Source: Candidatus Levyibacteriota bacterium
GTDB lineage: Bacteria; Patescibacteriota; Microgenomatia; Levybacterales; UBA12049
Direction of reading: 5' to 3'
Length of the DNA stretch: 64,000 bases
Assembly (NCBI GenBank): GCA_963790825.1
Contig: CAWBPM010000003.1
Coordinates: 56,353 to 120,352 of the forward strand
Part shown: in pieces, positions 1 to 8,944 of the stretch
How positions within the stretch are numbered: the first letter of the stretch is position 1
Layout: every line of letters starts with the position of its first letter
Made by a program: the position numbers and the translations under genes
Notes under the pieces: model-generated
The model's input: only the letters and a program-made list of their open reading frames with translations
The model's database searches: none
What the model was told of the DNA's origin: nothing

Positions 1-838
1 AAGCAGTTTCAGAAATAATAATCGGTTTTCCGGGTGCGAGGGAGAGAACATCGTTATATGTTTGTTGAAAAACAGAAGAGAATGATTGCCAAATATGTCC
101 TGATGTACCTCCCCAGTTATATCCGTCAATCCCAACCCAATCAACATAACTGCTACCGGGATAGAGTTCACTAATCGACGTCAGTCCACTTCCTTCAGTA
201 TTGATATCCCAAACCCAAGTAACATTCGTTGCTCCAACTGAAGTAAAAATATCATGGACATGTCGCCAGGTTGCCACGTATTTTCCCGCACTGTTCCCAT
301 TTGTCTGCTCACTCCAGGGATACCAGTTTCCATTCATCTCCCAGTCAAACCGAAGGAAAAACGGATGCCCCCAGTTCTTGGCGTCTGTTGCCCATTGCCG
401 AATATATGAATCAAAGTTGCCGTTTATGATATTTTGCAATTTATAGGCAGATTGATCGCCACTATAATTGGAAGATAAATCCGATTCCCAAGAAAAATGA
501 GGAATTTCTCCTCTGTTCCGGACAGTATCAAAGATTGAAGCAGGGAAGTTATTAGGACCACTGCTGGCATACCAGGGTTGACCATATTGGAGAATAGAAA
601 TTTTCTTTCCCGCATCCGCCTCAAATACGTCAATAACTGATGTACTCCACGGCGCGAAGCCATTGATGCCATCAATATCAGCAATTGTTGCTCCCCAATA
701 AATTTGACTGGTTCCGGCGGCTTGATTCCTATCGACCTGTCGTTGATGAATATACATGACGATAATCAATGTAACAATGAGGATAATGCATAAACTGATA
801 ATATTAATATAATTACGAAAAGATCTGAGTTTACTCAT
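1..838 (-). CDS. GH26 family glycoside hydrolase (beta-mannanase-like), N-terminally membrane-anchored; runs off the window start
   Basis: Not in the ORF track. Manual translation from ATG 838 gives MSKLRSFRNYINIISLCIILIVTLIIVMYIHQRQ (TM), then the GH26 motifs LRFDWEMNGNWYPW, YPGSSYVDWVGIDGYNWG and KPIIISETA. Confidence 0.85.
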   Translation of the reverse strand, partial: MSKLRSFRNYINIISLCIILIVTLIIVMYIHQRQVDRNQAAGTSQIYWGATIADIDGINGFAPWSTSVIDVFEADAGKKISILQYGQPWYASSGPNNFPASIFDTVRNRGEIPHFSWESDLSSNYSGDQSAYKLQNIINGNFDSYIRQWATDAKNWGHPFFLRFDWEMNGNWYPWSEQTNGNSAGKYVATWRHVHDIFTSVGATNVTWVWDINTEGSGLTSISELYPGSSYVDWVGIDGYNWGGTSGHIWQSFSSVFQQTYNDVLSLAPGKPIIISETA

Positions 839-845
839 CTATCTT

Positions 846-875
846 AGAATATAGTATTTTTTTTACTCTTGTCAA
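846..875 (-). promoter_or_regulatory. sigma70-type promoter of the GH26 gene
   Basis: TTGACA (875-870), then TATATT at 16 nt or TATTCT at 18 nt, ending 7-9 nt before the ATG. Confidence 0.6.
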
Positions 876-904
876 TTAAAAGACAGGCAAGAACGTTAAA
901 AATT

Positions 905-1960
905 TTACTTTCCTCCCACTATTTTCCCGTAGACTCTGAGGGTTTCTTCTGCTGTTTTTTTCCAACTGAATTTCTCCGCTTGTTTTAGTCCCTTCTCTGA
1001 TAATTTTTTTTGTAATTCCGGAGTAAAATAAATTTCACCAATACCATTAGCTATACTCTCGCTATCATACGCATCCACATAATAGGCAGCTTCCTCTGCT
1101 ACCTCGGGAATTGATCCTTCCTGACTGGTAACAACCGGTACACCACATTGCATTGCCTCAAGAATAGGTAATCCAAATCCTTCATACAGAGATGGCATTG
1201 CAAAAACGGAAGCCATATTATAAAGTGTTACTAAATCAGACATTGGAACAAAACCCAAACGGATAATACGCTGATCGTTTTTTGCAATTTTTTGAACAGT
1301 TATTAAATCTTTATTCCACTCGTTGGTTTTATCAAAATTCTCATCTCCCAGTGTTTTTCCAACCATAACGAGTGTTAAGTTAATTTGCTGTATCGCTTCA
1401 ATAAGCCTGGGTAAATTTTTATTCCATGTCCCATCCCCCACATAAAGAACAAATTTCTCAGGAACACCATATTTGTTTCTCATTTTATCTGCTGTTTTTT
1501 CTGAAACTGTTATTTTTTTATATGCGACACCGGGCGCCAAATAAACAACGCTGATTTTATTGGGACCTACTCCAACGATTCGTTCAATATCATCTTTTGA
1601 AGAGAGAGAATCGGCAATAATATGATCCACACCGCGAAGTGCCATCATCTGTATCTGCCATTTCAGATTCCCTTTAAGCCCTCTTGGGAAATACTCGGGG
1701 AAAACCAGAGGTGTTAAGTCATGAACAGTTACGACGGTTTTATGTTGTTTTTTAAACGGTAGTGTCAGAAAAAACGGATCAAAATACGGATAATGAATTA
1801 TTTGCGTATCGGATGGTATTGTCTCGCCTTTTGTAAAAAAATAATAGGTATTATCGGGAAAATATGTACAAAATGCCTGGCGAAGTTCCGCAGTGTAAAA
1901 GCCGGTACCCCGGACTTTATGACCTGTCTGTGTTGGAGATATATCAAATGCGATTTTCAT
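905..1960 (-). CDS. GT4 family glycosyltransferase (MtfB-like)
   Basis: Motifs VVTVHDL, KNLPRLIEA and PSLYEGFGLPILEAMQCGVPVV. Confidence 0.9.
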   Translation of the reverse strand: MKIAFDISPTQTGHKVRGTGFYTAELRQAFCTYFPDNTYYFFTKGETIPSDTQIIHYPYFDPFFLTLPFKKQHKTVVTVHDLTPLVFPEYFPRGLKGNLKWQIQMMALRGVDHIIADSLSSKDDIERIVGVGPNKISVVYLAPGVAYKKITVSEKTADKMRNKYGVPEKFVLYVGDGTWNKNLPRLIEAIQQINLTLVMVGKTLGDENFDKTNEWNKDLITVQKIAKNDQRIIRLGFVPMSDLVTLYNMASVFAMPSLYEGFGLPILEAMQCGVPVVTSQEGSIPEVAEEAAYYVDAYDSESIANGIGEIYFTPELQKKLSEKGLKQAEKFSWKKTAEETLRVYGKIVGGK

Positions 1961-2002
1961 TCTTTATATATATTAGCATAAATAGTTTCCTACTTTTACC
2001 TC

Positions 2003-3535
2003 TTACGCGCTATTTATATCACCAATTGAAATATTTGCGTGTTTAAGTAAGGTTATAATTTCCGGATTATCAGTCTGAGTATATTTAGAGAAAACTTCCC
2101 CACTCACCGGATCTTTCAGAACAACCTCTTTGACAGAATCAAGCAAATCAATAACTTTCTGAAGCGATTTGCCTGTCGTATGCTCTACGTATCTTGTAAT
2201 CGCAAGGCCAGCAAATACGACTGCGATATGTGCCTCAATTTTCTCACGAACAGCATGAAAGATCGGTCTGGCTTTTAGATCCGATTTACTGATTCGAAAG
2301 CTTCTCTCAACCCGCCGTAAGGATGCGTATTTACTAATAATTTCCTTATCACTAAGCTTTTTCGCATTGGTTACGTAGCCTTTTAATCCTTCAAGTTGGG
2401 TAGCTTTCTTTATGTTTGCTTGATTTAGTTCCCATCTATCCTTTCCCGCTCTTTTTAAAAATTTATAATGTTTACTAATTGTTGCAGGATTTGCTAATAC
2501 AAGCTTTGCTCTTATTACTTGTTTATTCAGGACTGTCCGGTCTTTATTAGCCCGTTTGGTTGAATAACCAACGACTAAAATCCGTCCCTGCCCAAGGTTA
2601 AATCGGCGGGAACTACCATCTGTTCGCTCTGTGTCTCCTACCACTTGGTAGAATATGTTTTGAGAAAAATCACCAAGTTTTGTTCCGACAATAAATTTTA
2701 TTCCGGCGGTATCTAAATCATCCAGGTTTTTACTAGTTACCATTGCGCTATCTGCAACAAAGACAAAATCTTTCAGTTGATGATTATTAATAATATCCCG
2801 TATACAGGGAATCATTGTCTGTCCTTCAAATTTGTTTCCGGGAAATACTTTAACCTGGAGAGGAAATCCTTGCGTGGTAACTGCTAACGTAATTACAAGT
2901 TGCGGCCGGTTATTTTTCTTGTATTTAGAATATCTATACTTTCCAAGATCATCTTTATCAAATGCTTGGTAGTGAAGAGTTGTGACAGCAAAAAACAAAA
3001 CAGAAGTATTTTGTAAAAGCACTGTAGTTGCCGCCTTCCATACGCTTTGTTCTAATGCTTTTTGATACTGTAACCTATAAGCTTTCTCCATTTCTAGATA
3101 TAACATTGTTAAGGAATATTTGTGGTATAGCTTGGTTTCTAACCACTCACGGGTCTTAATTTTACTGACCGGGTGGACAATACGGGCGATTACCAAATCC
3201 CTAAAACAGGCATCGGTAAAACTATGAAAACCAAGAGATTCATAAAAATAGTTGAAGAAGCGAAAGGTAACCGAATCAAAAGCACCAACAGCCAGAAGAT
3301 GGGATAAAAAACGACTCATTTCCGATTGGGTGTATTTGCTATCAAAAAAAGAAATTTTGCCGGATTTAATTCTTACCTCATCAATATATTGCCTTGCAAG
3401 CTCTGTTAATTGCTGTACTTCCAAACTGTTTCTCGCTGTTCCCAGATGCTTTACCAACCGATTGTTGCTATTAACCTTTTTAACTACTTGAATTTGAATA
3501 TTACCATTCCTGCTTTTCAGCCTTCTGATAAACAC
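2003..3535 (-). CDS. IS1634-family DDE transposase with the first catalytic Asp replaced by Ala
   Basis: N-terminus MFIRRLKSRNGNIQIQVV..KHLG and motifs LVIARIVHPVSK, FPGNKFEG, VADSAM, VERSFRISKSDLKARPIFH, IEAHI. FFAVTTLHYQ stands where the family has F(Y/F)DVTTL(Y/H)(F/Y)E. Confidence 0.85.
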   Translation of the reverse strand: MFIRRLKSRNGNIQIQVVKKVNSNNRLVKHLGTARNSLEVQQLTELARQYIDEVRIKSGKISFFDSKYTQSEMSRFLSHLLAVGAFDSVTFRFFNYFYESLGFHSFTDACFRDLVIARIVHPVSKIKTREWLETKLYHKYSLTMLYLEMEKAYRLQYQKALEQSVWKAATTVLLQNTSVLFFAVTTLHYQAFDKDDLGKYRYSKYKKNNRPQLVITLAVTTQGFPLQVKVFPGNKFEGQTMIPCIRDIINNHQLKDFVFVADSAMVTSKNLDDLDTAGIKFIVGTKLGDFSQNIFYQVVGDTERTDGSSRRFNLGQGRILVVGYSTKRANKDRTVLNKQVIRAKLVLANPATISKHYKFLKRAGKDRWELNQANIKKATQLEGLKGYVTNAKKLSDKEIISKYASLRRVERSFRISKSDLKARPIFHAVREKIEAHIAVVFAGLAITRYVEHTTGKSLQKVIDLLDSVKEVVLKDPVSGEVFSKYTQTDNPEIITLLKHANISIGDINSA

Positions 3536-3574
3536 GAAACTATTATATCAAATAAGAAGTCGTCTAGAACGTTT

Positions 3575-4778
3575 CCGAGTTCTAGAAACGATCGCACCCC
3601 CCTGTAAGGTTTAATTAGGTACAATTCACTTCCTGAGGTAAGAGAGGGGGTGAATTATGAAACACAAAAAGATAACGCAAACGGAACGGGAATTGTTAGG
3701 CCAGTGGAAGAAGGAAGGAGTAGCGAATAAAGAAATCGCCAGAAGACTGTCTCGTCCCGTCTTGACTATTCGTCGTGAGTTGAAAAGGAATAAAACCAAA
3801 GTTGCTGTTGGCAAAGAGTGGGAATGGATCTACGAACCAATCCATGCCCAGCATGTCGCGATGGAACGGAAACAAAATGCATGGTTGGCTAAAGAGCCGT
3901 TGAAAAACAAAAAAGTATACAAATACGTCATTGACCATCTTCGCGAGAGTTGGAGCCCTGAACAAATATCAGGAAGGCTCAAACATGAAGATCATCCGGA
4001 TGATAAGTCGTGGCATATCTGTATGGAAACCATATACGCTTTTATCTACAAAGAAAAAACTGATATAACAAAACAAGGAATTAAACAACAAAGCATATTT
4101 AATAAACATCTGGCTGGAAAAGACAGAACGGTGGTAACAGTAACGGACTTTGACCGACCATTATACGAGTATTTGAGGCGGAAACAGACAAGACGACGGA
4201 AAAGAAACGGCAGGAAAGTTCATAGGTCACATATACCTGATCGCGTCAGTATTCATAAAAGGCCATTGATTGTCGCCAGACGAAAACAATTTGGTCACTG
4301 GGAAGGAGACAGTATTGTTGGAGATAAACACGCCTCAGGGTTACATACAGAATATGAACGGGTTTCAAGCCTTACCCGATTTGAGCGGATGGTTCGGATA
4401 ACAGCGGCAGATACAGTTATTGCCGGTAAGAAAATATTTAGTCCCTTCCCTGAAAAAGCAAGGCGATCAACAACGCTTGATAACGGACCGGAAAACCATG
4501 GACATACAGAGCTTAAGAAAGACCTATCCATGCAGACATATTTTGCAGATCCATATTCCTCCTGGCAACGAGGAGGAAATGAGAATGCAAATCTTTGGAT
4601 CAGATACTACTTTCCAAAAGGGACTGATTTTAGTACAATCTCAGATGAAGAATTAAAAGACGTTCAGGATGAAATAAACAACCGTCCCAGAAAACGTCTT
4701 AAATTCAGAACGCCTCAGGAAGTATTTTCTGAGTACCTCAATAAACCCTAAAGGGGTGCATTAGTTCCTAGAATACGG
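3575..4778 (+). mobile_element. IS30-family insertion sequence
   Basis: 26-bp imperfect IRs: CCGAGTTCTAGAAACGATCGCACCCC (3575-3600) versus the reverse complement of 4753-4778, CCGTATTCTAGGAACTAATGCACCCC. Target duplication not resolved. Confidence 0.85.
3657..4751 (+). CDS. IS30-family transposase
   Basis: HTH IARRLSR..TIRRELKRN, WSPEQISGRL, GHWEGDSI, TLDNGPE, FADPYSSWQRGGNEN, INNRPRK. DDE residues intact; SD GAGGGGGTG upstream. Confidence 0.93.
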   Translation: MKHKKITQTERELLGQWKKEGVANKEIARRLSRPVLTIRRELKRNKTKVAVGKEWEWIYEPIHAQHVAMERKQNAWLAKEPLKNKKVYKYVIDHLRESWSPEQISGRLKHEDHPDDKSWHICMETIYAFIYKEKTDITKQGIKQQSIFNKHLAGKDRTVVTVTDFDRPLYEYLRRKQTRRRKRNGRKVHRSHIPDRVSIHKRPLIVARRKQFGHWEGDSIVGDKHASGLHTEYERVSSLTRFERMVRITAADTVIAGKKIFSPFPEKARRSTTLDNGPENHGHTELKKDLSMQTYFADPYSSWQRGGNENANLWIRYYFPKGTDFSTISDEELKDVQDEINNRPRKRLKFRTPQEVFSEYLNKP

Positions 4779-4827
4779 GGTTAAAACTAAACAATATTAC
4801 GACACAGAGGACGGTGCAAGCTGGAAA

Positions 4828-6465
4828 TTATTTGTTTTCATAAATATTCCAAATTGTACGCAGCGCTTCTCCTCTGTCAAGTACTTTTACAGAAGGAGGA
4901 TTGGAATAATGACATTTACTGTCAAGTGAGATATAGAGAGTGTGTTTTGCTAAGAAATATCTGGTATCGCCTTTTCCATTATGTAAGCAATCCTGCATCA
5001 TAGCTATGTTATCAATTTTCATGGGATTTTGCTTCCAAATTTTTTGAACTATAGCCGGATCGGTTTGACTAAACATCCCATACTGCAGTAAAAAATCTCT
5101 GTTTGAAGAATCAACGATATAAATATTGGCATAAAGTTTTTTATTGTCGTTTATCACTTTTACTATATCACGATTACTTGCTCCCCAGGTTTCCGCACCA
5201 TAAACACTCCATCTACAGTAATATTGATAAAGGTATTCGCAAATTAAAAAGGAATAAAAAATAATAAAGATTGATAATAAAATAATTTTATAGCCTTTGC
5301 TCATTCCCCATATTTTTTTGATCAGCCAGTAAATACCTATAGAAATAATAATTATAAGCACAGGAAGCAGCATAAAATCTCTAATTACAAAATTCGCATC
5401 TGTGGTGAATGCTGATGGCATTGGACTTATTAACAATAAGGCTAGCAAGAAATTCCGGTTAAATTTATTCCTCGAAAGCAAAAGTTGATAAATACCAATT
5501 AGCAGTAAGGGTAGCTCGATTATGTATAATTCTCCCCTATTATATATGTTCTGTATCTGAGATGCGTTCCCAACCTCCCCGTATAAAAACAAAAAGTTTG
5601 TTGAGAAAACCTCAAGGTAATGTTCCCTTATTACTCTGAGATAGTATAATGGTTTATTACTAAGCACACTTCTGATTATCCAAGGCGCAGTATTCTTATC
5701 TCTTTCCCAATTTACAGTACTGGTAGACTGTAAGTGGCCAAAAAGACTGACATCTGTTTGTCTGGTTACATTTTCAAATTTTACTACTAGCAAAAATGAG
5801 ATGACTGTCAGAAATGCTACAGAAATAAAAATAAATAGCTGCTTCTTTCTTACCAACAAATCTTTTCGAAACAGAAAGAGCAATATTGGTATCAGGAATA
5901 TAAAATATACCTTTGTTGCATGGTAACTATAAAACCCTAATAGAAAAGGGATAAGAGACCAGAGATACTTATTGTTTTTACTATTTACTATAAAGATATA
6001 AATTGCCAAGAGGTAGAAAAATGATGCGAAATTGACGTCCCATAACCCCCTTTGCAGTTGTAATGCCCAAGGAGAAACAGCAAATAGCAGAGCACTTATT
6101 ATACTTACCCATTTATTTTTAAACAGATAATCAGTTAATAAAAATAGCACTATTACAGAGCCAAAACCAAGTAAGGCCGAAGGTAGTCTGCCAGTGAAAA
6201 GATTTATACCCATCATTCCAACAAACGGAGAGGTTAAATATACCGGTACCGGAGATTCGGATGAATGAGCATTAAAAGAAAGTGGGAGAGTGTTTCCTTC
6301 AATACTTTTTCCCGTATGCCAAATACTATATGCATTGTAAATATAAAACGTTTCATCATCGGGAGAACCGAACGGAATATTTCCCAACTGGTATAACCTC
6401 AGAAAAAAAGCTATGAGGAAAACCAGGATTAAGATAGATTCCCAATGTAATAATTTTTTCAGAAT
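4828..6465 (-). CDS. GT-C polytopic membrane glycosyltransferase (PMT/ArnT, GT39/GT83-like); start uncertain
   Basis: DDETFYIYNAY luminal DE motif, RLPSA, SPW and many TM helices. The open frame extends from the track start (6387) to 6465, adding the first TM helix LLHWESILILVFLIAFFLRLYQL. Confidence 0.8.
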   Translation of the reverse strand: MLKKLLHWESILILVFLIAFFLRLYQLGNIPFGSPDDETFYIYNAYSIWHTGKSIEGNTLPLSFNAHSSESPVPVYLTSPFVGMMGINLFTGRLPSALLGFGSVIVLFLLTDYLFKNKWVSIISALLFAVSPWALQLQRGLWDVNFASFFYLLAIYIFIVNSKNNKYLWSLIPFLLGFYSYHATKVYFIFLIPILLFLFRKDLLVRKKQLFIFISVAFLTVISFLLVVKFENVTRQTDVSLFGHLQSTSTVNWERDKNTAPWIIRSVLSNKPLYYLRVIREHYLEVFSTNFLFLYGEVGNASQIQNIYNRGELYIIELPLLLIGIYQLLLSRNKFNRNFLLALLLISPMPSAFTTDANFVIRDFMLLPVLIIIISIGIYWLIKKIWGMSKGYKIILLSIFIIFYSFLICEYLYQYYCRWSVYGAETWGASNRDIVKVINDNKKLYANIYIVDSSNRDFLLQYGMFSQTDPAIVQKIWKQNPMKIDNIAMMQDCLHNGKGDTRYFLAKHTLYISLDSKCHYSNPPSVKVLDRGEALRTIWNIYENK

Positions 6466-6555
6466 TTATTAATTCCTCCTTTCATGGGAATCAAAAACCT
6501 GTATCTCTTAGGTATACATTTACATTCTACGACAATCAACAGTAACTCTACAATA

Positions 6556-7419
6556 TTACTTTTTCTTCTGTAATTTTATATATGCCCTCGGAAAACGAAG
6601 TGCTGAGAAAAAAGAGAAGATAATTCCCCGGTATCCATCCAATATGCCTTTATGCCGAATTTGAGTTGAAAGAAACCAACCTACCGGCTTTATTAGCAAA
6701 TAATCTAACGCATTGAGTGGATTTCTACCTATTTTTTCCTGTTGCAAATCTTTTGCGAGTAAATCAATATAGCGGTTATTTCTGGTTAAATACCTTTTAA
6801 ATGTCGGTGAGTCTTTGTGCAGTAGTGGATTTTGCAGCCAGCCCACTCTTCCATTCACTACCATTTGCTCATGGACATTTTTTGCCGGTAAATATGCTTT
6901 TCCTTTTCTTATCAAGCGAATAACACCATCCGGATAAACACCTCCAAAACGTAAATATCTTCCCAGGAAAAAATTCAGCCGGGGAATAAAAAAAGCGACA
7001 AATGGTCCATTTTTTGTACCGATCTCTCCGTCTCGTCTCTCAAGTAATTTTTGATGTCTAAGAAATAATTTTTTGTCGGGTAAATTCTTTTGATATTCTT
7101 CAATTTCCAATTCGCTGAGAGAAAGAATTTTTTCGATTTCGTGTGTAAGTTCTTTTGTCACCCGCTCATCGGCATCGAGCTGCAAAATCCAATCCTTTGT
7201 AGCCATATCTATCGCTTTTTGTTTATTGATATGGAAAATTGAAGGATTGTCGGTAACAAGTATCTTTGCATGAAATTTTTTCGCAATTTCGACAGTCTTA
7301 TCTGTTGAAGAACCATCGACAACGACAATCTCAGATACGATATCCTTTACGGAGTTTAAACAATCTGCTATATTTTCTTCCTCATTAAATGTCGCAAGTG
7401 CCACTGTTAAAGCTGCCAT
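6556..7419 (-). CDS. GT2 family glycosyltransferase (WaaE/KdtX-like)
   Basis: TFNEEENI, VVDGSSTDKT, WILQLDADER, YPDGVIRL, VHEQ. Confidence 0.9.
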   Translation of the reverse strand: MAALTVALATFNEEENIADCLNSVKDIVSEIVVVDGSSTDKTVEIAKKFHAKILVTDNPSIFHINKQKAIDMATKDWILQLDADERVTKELTHEIEKILSLSELEIEEYQKNLPDKKLFLRHQKLLERRDGEIGTKNGPFVAFFIPRLNFFLGRYLRFGGVYPDGVIRLIRKGKAYLPAKNVHEQMVVNGRVGWLQNPLLHKDSPTFKRYLTRNNRYIDLLAKDLQQEKIGRNPLNALDYLLIKPVGWFLSTQIRHKGILDGYRGIIFSFFSALRFPRAYIKLQKKK

Positions 7420-7461
7420 AACTCTTCTTCAGTATAGCCAATCCGAACTGGACAAACAAGC

Positions 7462-8940
7462 TTAGCGTTCCCTTTCTTGAATAGTAATACCACTTTTCAG
7501 TTTCCACTCTTGCCTGATTACTCCATCATGTTCACGGAGTTTGATCCAGTCTAGAAGAAGTGTTGGGTGTTCTGTATCAGGTTCAATAATGACAAAGAGT
7601 AGTTTTTCTTTTTTTATCGAAGGAGCGTAATGGTAAACCCTTGGTCCATACCAGGAAAAAAGATATTGATAAGGATAATCATAAATTGGTGGGGTGTAAA
7701 CAATCTCGTTAAACGGCTGGCCGTGAGCTTTTTGATAGACTAAATCTAAAACCGCTAATTGATTGCGGTATACGGATGCGTCGCCGATATAAAGAGGTTG
7801 CTGATAACTTTTTATAAGTTGTATCGGCTGAAGATTTATCAATGAGAGGATAAAAAGAGAGATAACAAATAATATATTGCCAAAACGGAGATGTTTTCTC
7901 GTTTGATTAAGAATAATCCCCAGTGCCAGAATATAAAACATTGGCAGACCGATTAGATAATGTGACCAAATATCGTGTTTAAAAAAGGAAATACCGATTA
8001 TAAAAATAGCAATCGTAATCAAGGATAAAAAGAGTAGCTGTTGTTCTTTTCCCCTTACTTTTCTGGCAAAAATAATCAGTAGCGCAAATAAAATAATAAG
8101 TAAAACAATACCTGCTAAATGGGATGGTCCTGCCAGTGCATCGGAAAACTGGTTGAAGAAAATAGCATCTTTAACAAAAAGCGGCGAAGATGAGCTGCCG
8201 GAGGTATTCCCTATTTGTGCCAGCATATTAATAATTGCTTTTGTCATGAGAAATTGATGACGAAATTCAAATAGTATTCGCGGTGAGAATATAAGAAGTA
8301 ACCCGGCAACAAAGAACACTACTTGTCTCGTAAAAACCTTTCTTCTGGCAACAATAGGCAGTCCAATACAATACGATACGAACAGTAATAGTCCAAAAAC
8401 GATTTCCGTATCAATGAGAAGTCCGGAAAGAACACCCAAGAAAAAAAACATTAATTTCCCGGGTTTTTCCAGAATCCGCAAAATAACAAGTAAAGACAAC
8501 GCAATATAAAAAGGAGCAACGTCTGGATTCCAGATTTGACTGCTTAAACCAATAAGTACCGGAGAAAAACTGACCAGCAAGGCAAGTGTAATTCCAAGAT
8601 AGGTGCCATCGGTTTTTTTACCGACATAATACATGAGAAGAATTGTTACTATACCCAGTAAAGCGATAAATGATGCCACAAATCTGGGATCTCCACCCGA
8701 CAGCACAAATGAAGGAACAAGTAAAAAATACCACCAAGGACCATAAAAAATACCCGGCATACCTGTCGTAAAGCCGATAAGTGGAATTTTATAATGGTAA
8801 ACGATTTGTTGAAGCGCCAGCATATCCCGTCCCACATCATACGTAAACGCGAAAGAGTTTGTTACTGTACCATTAATTCTAAGTAAGATGCCTATTAGCA
8901 AAATAATAAAAAGAATAATGGGTGGAAGTTTTCTTTTCAT
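7462..8940 (-). CDS. GT-C membrane glycosyltransferase (ArnT/PMT_2-like)
   Basis: FTYDVGRD..PLIG...GIFYGPWWY, IWNP, roughly 11 TM segments. Confidence 0.8.
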   Translation of the reverse strand: MKRKLPPIILFIILLIGILLRINGTVTNSFAFTYDVGRDMLALQQIVYHYKIPLIGFTTGMPGIFYGPWWYFLLVPSFVLSGGDPRFVASFIALLGIVTILLMYYVGKKTDGTYLGITLALLVSFSPVLIGLSSQIWNPDVAPFYIALSLLVILRILEKPGKLMFFFLGVLSGLLIDTEIVFGLLLFVSYCIGLPIVARRKVFTRQVVFFVAGLLLIFSPRILFEFRHQFLMTKAIINMLAQIGNTSGSSSSPLFVKDAIFFNQFSDALAGPSHLAGIVLLIILFALLIIFARKVRGKEQQLLFLSLITIAIFIIGISFFKHDIWSHYLIGLPMFYILALGIILNQTRKHLRFGNILFVISLFILSLINLQPIQLIKSYQQPLYIGDASVYRNQLAVLDLVYQKAHGQPFNEIVYTPPIYDYPYQYLFSWYGPRVYHYAPSIKKEKLLFVIIEPDTEHPTLLLDWIKLREHDGVIRQEWKLKSGITIQERER

Positions 8941-8944
8941 ATAC

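Larger units (their letters stand above)
1989..4824 (-). mobile_element. IS1634-family element (degenerate) carrying a nested IS30
   Basis: Transposase at 2003-3535. Imperfect terminal IRs CCTACTTTTACC (1989-2000) and CCAGCTTGCACC (4824-4813, minus strand). The flanks AAATAGTTT (1980-1988) and AAATTATTT (4825-4833) resemble an eroded 9-bp target duplication. Confidence 0.55.

Noticed and set aside
201-684. Track ORFs 201-446 (+) and 424-684 (-)
   Set aside because: Shadow frames of the GH26 gene (838 to window start).
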